Below, in pieces: positions 16,930 to 27,080 of a DNA stretch of 64,000 nt (the first letter of the stretch is position 1; each line of letters starts with the position of its first letter). The stretch lies in IMG/VR virus record IMGVR_UViG_3300031992_000012, positions 32,001 to 96,000 of that record, one strand, 5' to 3'. The notes under the pieces are model-generated. The model searched no databases. It was given only the letters and a program-made list of their open reading frames with translations, and was not told the DNA's origin. Both the position numbers and the translations under genes were made by a program. This DNA is from a virus. Lineage: Duplodnaviria > Caudoviricetes.

Positions 16930-17814
16930 ATGCCAAATACAAAACTCTTCTTCGTACCCGAACTGTCCGCCAAGTACCACAAGCCTGTCTCCACCATTCT
17001 CCGTCTTTTCAACTTCGAGGCTCCCGACACCCCGGAAGGCAAGTACAAGCTGACGACTTCCCGTGTGCACCGGCTTTGCGTCAAGGCGCCCTTCACCACT
17101 CCCCGTCTCAAGGGCATCGTGTCGGAGGACGGGAAGCTGTGGCTTTCGCCGCGCGTGCTGCTGGACATCACAATGGGCAAGATGTTTATCGACGCCATGG
17201 AAAATTGTCTCAAGAGCAACGACTTCGTACGCGGCCTTGCCTATGTCGGACGCGACACAGTGTTCGTATACCGTATCGACGACATAAACCTACTGGCCGG
17301 ACGCATCGCCGTCTGGCAATACTTCCATCGACCGGTAAAGAGCATGGAGGTGTTCGGTGGCGCAGTCCCGGAAGGAATGCCGGACATGGTCCGTGAATAT
17401 CACAGACGCCTGGAACTCCTCGTGGCGGAATACCGACGTGAGTTCGAACTGGGTCTCGGTTACGAACATGCGGAAATACAGGTTGTCGATTCCACGGGAA
17501 AAAAGCCGGAGGAAATCCCGGAGCCGAAGGAAGCGCCTGAGGGAGATACCGGTGAACAGCCCGAGGGCAACGTCCGCATCAACAGAATCGACATTCGTAC
17601 GGAGACCGGTGAAATCCGTATTGACCAGCCCCAAGGCGAGACCAAAGCAGCGGGCTGTCCGTGCGAGAACGAGTGCCCGAACAAGAAGGACAAAAGTACT
17701 GACGCCCCCGAGGAGGACGGGACCGAAGAGGTCGTCGAAATCGTAATCAAGGCACGCATCTCCAAGACCATCATGGGACTGCTCAAGTCCGTCTCGTCGC
17801 TGCTGCCGGAATAA
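16930..17814 (+). CDS. Hypothetical protein
   Basis: ATG 16930 after GAGG SD. Confidence 0.75.
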   Translation: MPNTKLFFVPELSAKYHKPVSTILRLFNFEAPDTPEGKYKLTTSRVHRLCVKAPFTTPRLKGIVSEDGKLWLSPRVLLDITMGKMFIDAMENCLKSNDFVRGLAYVGRDTVFVYRIDDINLLAGRIAVWQYFHRPVKSMEVFGGAVPEGMPDMVREYHRRLELLVAEYRREFELGLGYEHAEIQVVDSTGKKPEEIPEPKEAPEGDTGEQPEGNVRINRIDIRTETGEIRIDQPQGETKAAGCPCENECPNKKDKSTDAPEEDGTEEVVEIVIKARISKTIMGLLKSVSSLLPE

Positions 17815-17831
17815 AAAAAAGGAAAAGACAA

Positions 17832-18692
17832 ATGAACACAAAAACAGAATCGCTGACGGTACGCCAGTTTTGCGACCTGACCGGATACAAGCCGGCTGCG
17901 GTGGTCGCGTGTCTCTCCAGCAGCGGTGTCCCGGACGGAGCCGAACGCTGGCTGCTGACGCCCCATTTGAAGAACAAGTTCAAGAACCCAGGGTTCACTC
18001 CGTCCGCACAGGACATCAAGATCGTAACCAACGAAGCTGTCAACGGAAACGACAGCATGGTTCTTATCTCATCGTCCAGCCTGCGCGACCTCTGCGAAGG
18101 GTTGTTCACAACGGAAGGCATTTATTGGACAATGGGTCGTGGCAACTTCGTGAAGCATGTATTCAACAACGTCGCGTATTGGGAAGTGAGAGCCACCCCG
18201 GAGAAGCTGCTGAGCCTGGGGGCCTGGCTTCGCTGGTGTGCTAGCAACACAAGAATCTCCACGCGCCGTTTCACGCTCTCTTCCGAAATCAAGGCGGCGC
18301 TGTCGCAGAAGCTCGCCCTGAACATCGCCCACGCCATCCAGGGTACGTTCGCCGATGTCGAGGGAGCCTCCGACGCGCTTCGCTTCTGCGGTCGCATCAT
18401 GCAGGACAAGCTGTCCCGGATGTCCGGTGTGAAACGCCAAGACAAGGGGGAGGAAGTCCTCGGCGCGCTCGACAGCATACGCAAGAACCGGCTCGCGAAG
18501 GAAAAGCAGCTTGAACTCGACCTTCCCGAACCCGAAGCCCCTCCGGCGCCCAAGGACCGCCATGTCCTGACAGTCTCCGAAGGCGACGGCAATAATGACA
18601 AGATTGAGCTGTCCCTGAAAGTCAGCGGCGACTCCATCAAGGAAGTCCTGGCACGTTTCCACGAATTCATCCAGCACTTCGGCACATGCTGA
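17832..18692 (+). CDS. Hypothetical protein, possible N-terminal HTH
   Basis: LTVRQFCDLTGYKPAAV. Confidence 0.7.
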   Translation: MNTKTESLTVRQFCDLTGYKPAAVVACLSSSGVPDGAERWLLTPHLKNKFKNPGFTPSAQDIKIVTNEAVNGNDSMVLISSSSLRDLCEGLFTTEGIYWTMGRGNFVKHVFNNVAYWEVRATPEKLLSLGAWLRWCASNTRISTRRFTLSSEIKAALSQKLALNIAHAIQGTFADVEGASDALRFCGRIMQDKLSRMSGVKRQDKGEEVLGALDSIRKNRLAKEKQLELDLPEPEAPPAPKDRHVLTVSEGDGNNDKIELSLKVSGDSIKEVLARFHEFIQHFGTC

Positions 18693-18822
18693 TTAACGCG
18701 CTTCTTATCATCATAATGGTCCTGTCTCTCCTGTCGCTGGCAAGACAGATAGGGCGCAAAGTCCGCCCGCTCGTTAAAGCCCATGTCTATGAGGACAACG
18801 AGCGGCGGGAGGAGGAACAAGA

Positions 18823-19164
18823 ATGTTCGGAATCACCTGGGAAGGCGTCCTTAAGACCGCCGGAGTAATAATAGTCCTGTTCCTGTTGGCCGCCTTCATG
18901 GTGTTTATGCTCCTAGGGGATGTAATCAGCCTGTTCACTTCGAAGACCAGGCTTTTCATCGCCGACAAGGAGAGGAGCCTGTTGTACGGCCATTACTACA
19001 TTCACCTTGTTCCGGCCGGGAAGGGGATGGACTACTACCTTCACGACACGGAATGCGAAACATGTCTCGAGGAGGCGAGAAATGGAAGACAATCCAGTGG
19101 CGTCAGCCATATACCAGGGTCGAGCGTTGCGCCAGATGCAGGCGGCGGCGCGGTACGCAAGTAA
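18823..19164 (+). CDS. Hypothetical membrane protein
   Basis: GGAGG SD; N-terminal TM segment. Confidence 0.55.
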   Translation: MFGITWEGVLKTAGVIIVLFLLAAFMVFMLLGDVISLFTSKTRLFIADKERSLLYGHYYIHLVPAGKGMDYYLHDTECETCLEEARNGRQSSGVSHIPGSSVAPDAGGGAVRK

Positions 19165-19354
19165 GGGCGACGTGTTCGCCGCCATGCGTTCCGTGATTCT
19201 GGCCGACCGCAACATGCGCAAGGCGCAGCGTCCGCCCAAAAGAAGAAAGCCGGTGAACGCCGGTTCAATAATCAGCACGTCGGTAAAATCCGCTGTCAGA
19301 CGTGTTGTGTTGAGAAGTCTTGAGGACAGCGGGAATCCACAAAACAAGGAGTAA
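19082..19354 (+). CDS. Hypothetical basic protein
   Basis: GGAGG SD before ATG 19082. Confidence 0.55.
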   Translation: MEDNPVASAIYQGRALRQMQAAARYASKGDVFAAMRSVILADRNMRKAQRPPKRRKPVNAGSIISTSVKSAVRRVVLRSLEDSGNPQNKE

Positions 19355-19358
19355 GAAA

Positions 19359-19727
19359 GTGGAAATCATCGCACGTTTGTTGTTGGATGCGTCTTCGGCG
19401 CTCCTGATCGCGTTCAGCGTCCTGCTGGCTGGTCTGTTCCTCTCTGTCGTTGTCCTGTTCCTGTTGCCGACGTCCGGCAGCAAGAAGGACCTGGGCGGTA
19501 TTCTGCTTCGGCTGTTCAGCATCACGGCTTTGCTCAAGATGATCGGCGTCAGCGCCGCCAGGGCCGTTGTCGTGACAATCATCGTAACCGCGCTCTTCGT
19601 CTGCGCCTTCACATGGGCTGGCAAGAGGTGCCTTGACATCGTCGTCACCGAAAGGGGCGCCATCCAGCAGGTGCAGCCACCCGCCGCGCCCGTCCTGCCT
19701 GGCACCACGTCGGAGGCTTCGCTGTGA
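19359..19727 (+). CDS. Hypothetical membrane protein (3 TM)
   Basis: AAGGAG SD, GTG start, three hydrophobic segments. Confidence 0.6.
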   Translation: MEIIARLLLDASSALLIAFSVLLAGLFLSVVVLFLLPTSGSKKDLGGILLRLFSITALLKMIGVSAARAVVVTIIVTALFVCAFTWAGKRCLDIVVTERGAIQQVQPPAAPVLPGTTSEASL

Positions 19728-20848
19728 AGTACTACCGCGACGGGCTGAACTTCCACCCCATGCCCGACGACGCCGACGTCCTGGATTCGCTTCCCGGAGG
19801 ATACTACCGGCCTGTATTCGACAAGATGTCCGGCTGGAGAATCTGCATGACCGGCGGAATCCAGGACGTCGTGCCCTTGTTCGGCCCCATGGCCGGCAAG
19901 GTGGACAAGGTGATAAAGGCGTTCAAGCGGCGCCCGGGGAACACCGGCGTGCTCCTGTCGGGGGAGAAGGGTCTTGGAAAGAGCCTTTTCCTCCGGCATG
20001 TGGCGGCCCGGCTTGTCTCGGAAGGAATGCCGGTGATAATGGTGACGCAGAACATCCCAGGTATTGTCGACTTCCTCGGGCAGATTACGCAGCCTGTCGT
20101 AATCCTGCTTGACGAGTTCGACAAGAACTTCCTCGACCGCTCTCGCGACAGCGACTCCGACGACCCCAAGGACGAGCAGAACAAGTTTCTGCTAATCCTG
20201 GACGGGATTCTTGGCGTCAAGCGTCTTATCCTCGCGACATGCAACGAGCTCGACAGCGTCAGCTCCTACTTCATAAACCGGCCCGGGCGCTTCCATTACC
20301 ATTTCCGATTCGAGTGCCCGGACGGAAAGACGGCCGTAGAATACATGCGCTGGCTAGGGACAGATCCTTCAATTGACCTGTCAAAGCTTGAACACTTGTG
20401 CGACATCCGTGAAATCAACTACGACTGCCTTCGGGCCGTCGCGGAGGAGCTCGCCAATGGCGAGAGCATGGAGGACACTCTGAACGACCTCAACATCGAC
20501 CTGGACGAGTGCGGCCATTGTACGCTGATTGCGAATGTGGTCACCAGGAAAGGGGTGCACTACACCTGCCAGGTGGACTGGAACGACATGCAGCTAGACG
20601 ACGATGACCCGTACATCGAGGTGCATCTGGCCGACGCCAGGACGAAGGACGCCCCTCCGAAGCTATGGACAAGGGTCACGCGCGACATCATACATCCATC
20701 CGGCAAGCTTGGCGTGTACAATGTCGACGTGAAGGAGATGGTATCCGACCGCAACGAGGGCGCCGTGCCAATCAAGGAGTTCACCATCACCATAAGGAAA
20801 GCACACCGCAGGGCGATGTTCCCTGTGCTAACCCAAGACTTGGTATAA
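19724..20848 (+). CDS. AAA+ ATPase
   Basis: Walker A GEKGLGKS, Walker B ILLDEFDK, sensor ATCN, Arg finger NRPGRFHY. Confidence 0.92.
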   Translation: MKYYRDGLNFHPMPDDADVLDSLPGGYYRPVFDKMSGWRICMTGGIQDVVPLFGPMAGKVDKVIKAFKRRPGNTGVLLSGEKGLGKSLFLRHVAARLVSEGMPVIMVTQNIPGIVDFLGQITQPVVILLDEFDKNFLDRSRDSDSDDPKDEQNKFLLILDGILGVKRLILATCNELDSVSSYFINRPGRFHYHFRFECPDGKTAVEYMRWLGTDPSIDLSKLEHLCDIREINYDCLRAVAEELANGESMEDTLNDLNIDLDECGHCTLIANVVTRKGVHYTCQVDWNDMQLDDDDPYIEVHLADARTKDAPPKLWTRVTRDIIHPSGKLGVYNVDVKEMVSDRNEGAVPIKEFTITIRKAHRRAMFPVLTQDLV

Positions 20849-20849
20849 A

Positions 20850-21650
20850 ATGAGCGACAACGAACGCCCCACGGGAAGCGAGACGTCCGAAGCACGAGAC
20901 GCCACGCCATCGTGGAGGCATACATTCGCGGGGCTGCGGGACTTTTTCCAGACCTACAGTCACCAGGATCATACGGAAGCGCCCGAGACGGCATCTGCCA
21001 CGCGTACGCCAAGCCCGTCTTTTGCCGAGTGGCTCGAGACGGCCAGAGGGGCTCCCACTTCCGACGCCTCGAGCCCATCCCCGCAAAGCGACGACAGGAT
21101 GCATGGTGTTTCCCAATATCCGCGTGCAATCGGCAGCTCGGTCCACGGGAATTTCGCGGGCGACGTCCGTGTCAACCCGCCTGGGGCTGCCTGGGCTGGA
21201 ATAAGTACGGACCACGGCGGTACACTGGGCGATTATTTCGATGAACTGCGACGTTCAACGCTGGAGGCCAGGCGCCGGAACATGCACGCCAACTGGGCCG
21301 GGTACGACTTCGACGGTGACGTGTTCGCATACAGCGAGGCGGCACGTCCGTCGACCCCGTCCGATGAAGTCATACAACGAAGGTTTCGAGACCTCCGCTA
21401 CTGGGGGATAGTCGTGTACGCGATATTCGAGCCGGAGCTCGAGGATGCGCTCAGACGCTATGTAACCACTGGCGGGCATACCTCCTTCGTCAAGCTCTAC
21501 AAGAACTTGATGAAGAATGGGGAACTGTCCGGAGTCCTGTTCTACGACCACTGTCGCAGGGCGAAACTGCTGACGAAATCGGCCATGTACAGTTTCCTAG
21601 GCCGGGCCGATTCCGTCGTTAATTGTCTACGGGCCATGGAAACAGCTTGA
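20850..21650 (+). CDS. Hypothetical protein
   Basis: 266-aa ORF with disordered N-half; contains a GYDFDGD string. Confidence 0.7.
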   Translation: MSDNERPTGSETSEARDATPSWRHTFAGLRDFFQTYSHQDHTEAPETASATRTPSPSFAEWLETARGAPTSDASSPSPQSDDRMHGVSQYPRAIGSSVHGNFAGDVRVNPPGAAWAGISTDHGGTLGDYFDELRRSTLEARRRNMHANWAGYDFDGDVFAYSEAARPSTPSDEVIQRRFRDLRYWGIVVYAIFEPELEDALRRYVTTGGHTSFVKLYKNLMKNGELSGVLFYDHCRRAKLLTKSAMYSFLGRADSVVNCLRAMETA

Positions 21651-21689
21651 TTTTTTAGACAACTGGACAAAACAAAAAGGAAGACAAAA

Positions 21690-22562
21690 ATGAATTGTGA
21701 AAAAGTTGTGAACGAAATTGTATCCTGGATTAAGAACTATTGGAAAAACAACGGCATGGAGAACGCCGTCATCGGCATGTCCGGTGGAAAGGACTCCACG
21801 GTGGCGGCCGCCCTGCTCATCAAGGCGCTTGGCGTCGACCACGTCTTCGGCCTGAGCATGCCCGACTCCGACGAGCGCGTGCTTCCGGCCGCCAGCGATA
21901 CCATGACGGCCGTCCGGGCGGTTGGCATGTACCAGTTTGAGGTGTTCCCGCTGGGCGGCGTCAAGACGCTCATGCGGGGCACCTTCGTCGACTGCACCCT
22001 CCAGACGCCAAGCCATCAGGCCGACCTGAACATCATGCCCCGCCTGCGCATGGCGGCCCTGTATCAATATTCACAGACGATCGGCAAGTCGCTGGTGGCC
22101 TGCAACGCCAACCTGTCCGAAATCATCGCCGGATATGGCACGCTGTTCGGGGACACCGCCGGCGACTTCGCCCTTCTCGCCAACCTTCTTGTCAACGAGG
22201 TCGTCGAAATAGGCGAGTACCTCGGGATACCGGCCGACATCGTCAGACGCCCTCCGGCCGACGGGCTTACCGGAAGGACGGACGAGGAGGTCCTCGGTTT
22301 CAGATACGACGACGTGGCCTCCCTATATTGGCGTATCGCCAAGGAGTTCGATTGCGAATATCCCTGCGACGTCATGTTCACGCTTTCCGTAATCAAGTCC
22401 GGCCTTCCGGACGAAGAGGAGGAGAAGCCTTATGTGGACTTCCGCAACTCCCTGCCGGAAAACGAGAAGAAGGTCCTGGCGGCGTACGCCCGCAACGAGT
22501 TCAAGCGCAACATGCTGTTCATTCCCGGACCGGAATTCCTTCTTGCGGATCTGGAGGGCTGA
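21690..22562 (+). CDS. nadE: NH3-dependent NAD+ synthetase
   Basis: PP-loop IGMSGGKDS, NIMPRLRM, GYGTLFGD, PPADGL, TDEEVLG; no glutaminase domain. Confidence 0.95.
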   Translation: MNCEKVVNEIVSWIKNYWKNNGMENAVIGMSGGKDSTVAAALLIKALGVDHVFGLSMPDSDERVLPAASDTMTAVRAVGMYQFEVFPLGGVKTLMRGTFVDCTLQTPSHQADLNIMPRLRMAALYQYSQTIGKSLVACNANLSEIIAGYGTLFGDTAGDFALLANLLVNEVVEIGEYLGIPADIVRRPPADGLTGRTDEEVLGFRYDDVASLYWRIAKEFDCEYPCDVMFTLSVIKSGLPDEEEEKPYVDFRNSLPENEKKVLAAYARNEFKRNMLFIPGPEFLLADLEG

Positions 22563-22565
22563 CAC

Positions 22566-23777
22566 ATGATTATCAACTCATTGCTTAGAAACGACTTATA
22601 CAAATTCTCCATGTTCGACGTAGTGGACCGCTACTACTCCGACATGGAGGTTGAGATAACCTTCAAGTGCCGGAGCGACGCCAAGATTGGCTATCTTCTC
22701 CCTTATGTGGCTGAGGAAGCCGACCGGCTTTGCCAGCTTCGCTTCACGCCGGAGGAAATGCTGTACATCAAGAACACTCTTCGCTGGCTGTCCCCGAGCT
22801 GCATCAGTTTCCTATGCCGTCTGCAGCTCAACCGCGAGCAACTGCATATCAGCGTCGACCCGGACGGCCAGCTAGTCATCAAGGCGATTGGCCCATGGAG
22901 AGACGTAATCTGGTTTGAAGTCCCGGTACTCGCCATCGTCGAGGAACTGTACATGGAATACCAGTTGCACGAGCTCAAGAAGTCCATAGGAGCAGACGCC
23001 TTCCACCAGAGACTCCAGCAGGAGCGCGACAACCTCGACAGGAAAATCGACGCCCTCAACGCAATCAACGACGAGTTCCCGTTCCGCCTGTCGGAGTTCG
23101 GCCTCCGCCGCCGTCGTTCCGCCGAATGGCAGGACTACGTTGTCGGCCGCATGAAGGAACGCGCCAGATTCTTCGCCGGGACCTCGGACGTCTACCTGGC
23201 CATGAAACATGGGGTCAAGCCTTCCGGCACGATGGCGCACGAAATCTACATGGGCGTGCAGGGCGACGACAACACGTCGCTCCGCAATGTCCAGCGAAAG
23301 ACGTGGGACCTCTGGATGAAGACGTTCCACGGCGACAACGGCATCATGCTCACCGACATCTTCGGAGCCAATGCCTGCTTCCGCGACATGGACTGGCTGG
23401 TCGCCCACTCGTTCACGGGTTTCCGCCATGACAGCGGCGACCCGATTGCATGGGGCGACAAGCTGATCGCCCGTTTGACCGAACTGGGCATAGACCCCAA
23501 GGAGAAGGTCGGCGTCTGGAGCGACTGCCTCGACGTCGACGCAATCCGTGAAATCGCCATGCACTTCTCCGGCCGCATCAAGGTCTCATTCGGTGTGGGC
23601 ACGAACCTGGTCAACATGTTCCCCGGCGTCAAGCCGCTGAGCATCGTCATGAAGATGACGAAGGCCAACGGACGGGCCGTTCTGAAACTGTCCGACGACG
23701 AAGGGAAGGGCATGTGCCCAGACCCGACCTTGGTTGAGTACGCCAAGAGCCTTTTCGACTTCCAACCTGTCAAATAA
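22566..23777 (+). CDS. pncB: Nicotinate phosphoribosyltransferase
   Basis: SLLRNDLYKFSM, EFGLRRR, GTS, GTMAHE (phospho-His), RHDSGDP, FGVGTNL, KLSD; E. coli-type PncB rather than NadV. Confidence 0.94.
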   Translation: MIINSLLRNDLYKFSMFDVVDRYYSDMEVEITFKCRSDAKIGYLLPYVAEEADRLCQLRFTPEEMLYIKNTLRWLSPSCISFLCRLQLNREQLHISVDPDGQLVIKAIGPWRDVIWFEVPVLAIVEELYMEYQLHELKKSIGADAFHQRLQQERDNLDRKIDALNAINDEFPFRLSEFGLRRRRSAEWQDYVVGRMKERARFFAGTSDVYLAMKHGVKPSGTMAHEIYMGVQGDDNTSLRNVQRKTWDLWMKTFHGDNGIMLTDIFGANACFRDMDWLVAHSFTGFRHDSGDPIAWGDKLIARLTELGIDPKEKVGVWSDCLDVDAIREIAMHFSGRIKVSFGVGTNLVNMFPGVKPLSIVMKMTKANGRAVLKLSDDEGKGMCPDPTLVEYAKSLFDFQPVK

Positions 23778-23790
23778 AGGAGAAACATTT

Positions 23791-24597
23791 ATGAAAAGCT
23801 TTTCACAATGCCTCAACGCCGACGAGGCCGAGGCCTTCCGCCGTTCCAACTCACCGGTCGTCCTTGTCAAGGACTGCGCGGTAGTCGGCCAGTCCCTGTC
23901 GGGGCAGCTTATTCGTGATGAAAAGGACGGGGCGGTGACGCTGTCCTGCGTCCTCATGAACGACGAGAACACCACAATCCCGATTGATGACGCGTTCACG
24001 TCGTTTAACGACGCCGAGAGCTACATCGAGGAAACTCTCTCCGAACAGCACGCCCACGACATCCTCGTCATCATCGACGCCCAGATTGGCTTCATCACGG
24101 GGAGTCTTGCGAACAAGACGGCCCAGGAGAAAATCGGGCAGTACCCGCATCTCATCCGCTGCTTCTCCAAGTCGCTCATCGTGGCAACCCAGGATACGCA
24201 CGGCGAGAACTATCTTGAGACGCTCGAAGGCAAAAAGCTCCCGGTTCCGCACTGCATGTACAAGACGCGCGACTGGGAACTAGAGCCCGGCGTGGTGAAG
24301 GCCCTGGCCGCCGTCGGCAACCACGCGTGGGGTGTCAACAAGCCCACCTTCGGCCATGTCGGATGGGCCGAGACCTTCAACGTGGCGAAGTCCGTCTCGG
24401 GCTGCCCGGCGGACGGCGACATCTACGTGGCCGGTTTCTGCACTGACATCTGCGTAATCAGCAACTTGCTGATTTTGCGCGCATTGTACCCCGACCGCCG
24501 CATTGTGTGCCTCGGCGCCTACTGCGCCGGCACTTCCAAGAAGGCCCACGACGCCGCCGTCTTTGTCATGACCTCCAGCCAGATTGAAGTGGCATGA
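23791..24597 (+). CDS. pncA: Nicotinamidase (isochorismatase-like cysteine hydrolase) with N-terminal extension
   Basis: IIDAQ (Asp), TQDTH and PHC metal ligands, NKPTFG (Lys), GFCTDICV (Cys); AAGGAG SD; operonic with nadE-pncB. Confidence 0.85.
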   Translation: MKSFSQCLNADEAEAFRRSNSPVVLVKDCAVVGQSLSGQLIRDEKDGAVTLSCVLMNDENTTIPIDDAFTSFNDAESYIEETLSEQHAHDILVIIDAQIGFITGSLANKTAQEKIGQYPHLIRCFSKSLIVATQDTHGENYLETLEGKKLPVPHCMYKTRDWELEPGVVKALAAVGNHAWGVNKPTFGHVGWAETFNVAKSVSGCPADGDIYVAGFCTDICVISNLLILRALYPDRRIVCLGAYCAGTSKKAHDAAVFVMTSSQIEVA

Positions 24598-25208
24598 TGG
24601 AATGGGAGCGGCACAGCCCGCTGTGCGTCCTCGTGCGCAAGGGCCATCAGGTCTTCGCGTACGAGGACAAGGATAAGCTCCCGAAGACCTACGGGAGCGA
24701 GAGTTTCAAGTGCAGCGTGAACACCGGATTCCAGGACCTCAGCCCGGCGGCCTATGTCGTCGGGCAGGCGAGGGACAAGAACTGGCTTGCGCTTGTATTC
24801 ACGGGCAGGCAGCTTGTGCTCTACGACCGTCGTTGCGAGAGATACCTAGGTAGGTACACCGACCCGTTCGGCGGTTTCCCCTGGTATCCGAAAAAAGCCA
24901 TAGACGAGTGGGGCATAGGCTACGCCCTGGATTACTTCCGAAACATAGGCGGACGTCTTTTCGAGGAATACCAGGATGCCTTCATACCGGCGCCGTACGT
25001 CTGGACGTTCACGTCCAAATGGACGAGCGCGATTGTGAGGGCAATCAAGCTCATTCCCGAGGAAAAGGTGGAGCGTCTATCCTGGAAGGAAGACCTGGTC
25101 ACCATACGCATGTCCAGCCCAGGGCAGCGTCTGCTCAATAAACTGGCCGAGATAGATGAAGGCTCGACATGGAGGGACGATGTCCGCGTGGATAGACGGT
25201 GTTGGTAA
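24594..25208 (+). CDS. Hypothetical protein, paralog of 45153-45749
   Basis: Shared YDRRC and P.YVW motifs. Confidence 0.7.
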   Translation: MMEWERHSPLCVLVRKGHQVFAYEDKDKLPKTYGSESFKCSVNTGFQDLSPAAYVVGQARDKNWLALVFTGRQLVLYDRRCERYLGRYTDPFGGFPWYPKKAIDEWGIGYALDYFRNIGGRLFEEYQDAFIPAPYVWTFTSKWTSAIVRAIKLIPEEKVERLSWKEDLVTIRMSSPGQRLLNKLAEIDEGSTWRDDVRVDRRCW

Positions 25209-25290
25209 TCCCTACAGGATTTACCACAGCTCGGAGGAGGAGACCGGGCCTTCGGGCCCGGCCCCTTCTCCTGATTTAGCAGGTAGAAAC

Positions 25291-25644
25291 ATGGAAAAGG
25301 AATTCACAGACAATTTCGTGATGGCCGTAGAGAGCCTTACTAGCGACTTCCTCATGACCTACTGGGGCTCGAGGGATAGCTGGGAGTTCACGCCTCCCCT
25401 GAAAATGGCCAGCGTGGAACGTCTAAACATGTTGCAACTTGACATAAAGGACGACCTTAGATGGGTAAGGGACAGGATTGAGGACGGGGCCGTGTTCTTC
25501 GTTATGAGCCAGGGGTCTGACGGGAGATGGTCCGTCTCGCGTTCCGTTCCCATCAAGGACCTGCTCGATCTTCATAGCATCATGATTGACACAGGTTTGT
25601 TTCCAAAGGAGGGCAAATGGACGAGCATAGCGATACTCTCGTGA
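25291..25644 (+). CDS. Hypothetical protein, tandem family A
   Basis: FTPPLKMASVE; LRWVRDRIEDG. Confidence 0.7.
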   Translation: MEKEFTDNFVMAVESLTSDFLMTYWGSRDSWEFTPPLKMASVERLNMLQLDIKDDLRWVRDRIEDGAVFFVMSQGSDGRWSVSRSVPIKDLLDLHSIMIDTGLFPKEGKWTSIAILS

Positions 25645-25970
25645 AAACTCTCGAGGAGATGAAGAGTGAACGCTGCGTGACCATGTTGTGCGAGGCGCTC
25701 GAGGACGACCCGGAGGACTACAACTACGGAGATGGCTGTAAAGTCGTAATCCGATATGTGGAAAACGCGTTTGATCTTATTCGCAGATGCTGCAAGTCCG
25801 ACACGAGGTGGCTTCTCGGCTATGTGCGCGTAGGATGCGCTTTCTCCGTGTTCGTCCTGTACGGGACGGGCACCGTGTCGCTTGTCCGCGTCTTGGGGCC
25901 GCAGCAAATGCGGAAACTTAAGGCCTGGCTTCACTTGGGCCTGACAGAGGAGGAAAACCATGCCACTTGA
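25617..25970 (+). CDS. Hypothetical protein, tandem family A
   Basis: TRWLLGYVRVG. Confidence 0.65.
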   Translation: MDEHSDTLVKTLEEMKSERCVTMLCEALEDDPEDYNYGDGCKVVIRYVENAFDLIRRCCKSDTRWLLGYVRVGCAFSVFVLYGTGTVSLVRVLGPQQMRKLKAWLHLGLTEEENHAT

Positions 25971-26304
25971 CGGAAAATTCATGGACATCCTCGAGAGTCT
26001 TACACCCGAGGAATGTCGTCAACTGAGAAGCGCGCTGGGAGAGAGCTACGGTCCACCCCACGCAACAAGATTCGTGCACGCCGAAAGGCTGCTTCCATGT
26101 CTGGAAAACAGGAAGACCATAAGGTGGTGTCTCGATCGTGTGCGCGGAGGGTACGAGTTCTTCCAGATGGCGCTGCCCACCAAGGATGACCCGCACTACT
26201 ATGTCCACCGTTCCTTCCACCACACCCTGAGGGAGCCGTTGCTCAAATGGCTTCTTGGTCATAACAAGATTACCCAGGAGGAATACAAGAGATGGTTGAT
26301 CTGA
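25960..26304 (+). CDS. Hypothetical protein, tandem family A
   Basis: IRWCLDRVRGG. Confidence 0.7.
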   Translation: MPLDGKFMDILESLTPEECRQLRSALGESYGPPHATRFVHAERLLPCLENRKTIRWCLDRVRGGYEFFQMALPTKDDPHYYVHRSFHHTLREPLLKWLLGHNKITQEEYKRWLI

Positions 26305-26666
26305 GAGACCAGGTGGAGATAATGATGGGGCGCGACGAGGACGACCTTCCGGTCTCCTCCAAACTCGTCAGAGAGCTGGAGGAGCTGTCATCGGCGGATT
26401 TGCACAAGATGTTCTACGCGCTCACAGGACACGGATACGAGGGTAGGCTTTTCGTCCGTCATATAGAGCATATCGGCGACATCCTTCCGAGATGCGAAAG
26501 GGAGTCGATAGAATGGATTATGAGGAAGATACATCTCAACATCCAGATGGTGTTGTTCCGTTTCCACTTTGACGTACAGCTCGAGGCCGTCCGCGTTGTG
26601 CTGACGGACGACCTCGATAAACTCGATGACGCCTTGCACAAACTAAGAAGAGGAGAACTTGAATGA
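26292..26666 (+). CDS. Hypothetical protein, tandem family A
   Basis: IEWIMRKIH. Confidence 0.65.
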   Translation: MVDLRDQVEIMMGRDEDDLPVSSKLVRELEELSSADLHKMFYALTGHGYEGRLFVRHIEHIGDILPRCERESIEWIMRKIHLNIQMVLFRFHFDVQLEAVRVVLTDDLDKLDDALHKLRRGELE

Positions 26667-27079
26667 GCAACATACTCTACGACGATGTTGTCAAGACCAG
26701 GGCTCTCCTTGAAAGGCTATACCGGATCAAGGACGACCCGAGGGTGATCAGCATCCTGAAAGGCTGCATGCACCTCGACCCTGCGTCCGAGGTGCATCTT
26801 CTATCGCTTGTCGACCGACCGGAACTCGTCTATGGCGAAATCCGGAGGCTCAAGGCCACCGACGCGGACGCCCGCGAAACACTTAACTGGCTTGTAAGAA
26901 GCTACTGCCAGCAGATGTGCGTGGACAGACGCGGAGGACGAGGGACGGAATTCCTTATAGCCGAGAAAAACGGCGGGGACCGTTTCTGCATTCACAGCGA
27001 CTGGGGTCTCAGCGCAACGGCGCTATGGGACGCCTGCCGGAACTCGTTGCCCGACGTTACAGAAGGGCTGAGGAGATAG
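26663..27079 (+). CDS. Hypothetical protein, probably family A
   Basis: LNWLVRSY; coupled. Confidence 0.65.
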   Translation: MSNILYDDVVKTRALLERLYRIKDDPRVISILKGCMHLDPASEVHLLSLVDRPELVYGEIRRLKATDADARETLNWLVRSYCQQMCVDRRGGRGTEFLIAEKNGGDRFCIHSDWGLSATALWDACRNSLPDVTEGLRR

Positions 27080-27080
27080 G

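Noticed and set aside
22566-23777. Nampt/NadV or Namat (NARP1/2) identity
   Set aside because: Motifs and length match PncB, and the neighbours PncA and NadE only make sense for the nicotinate route
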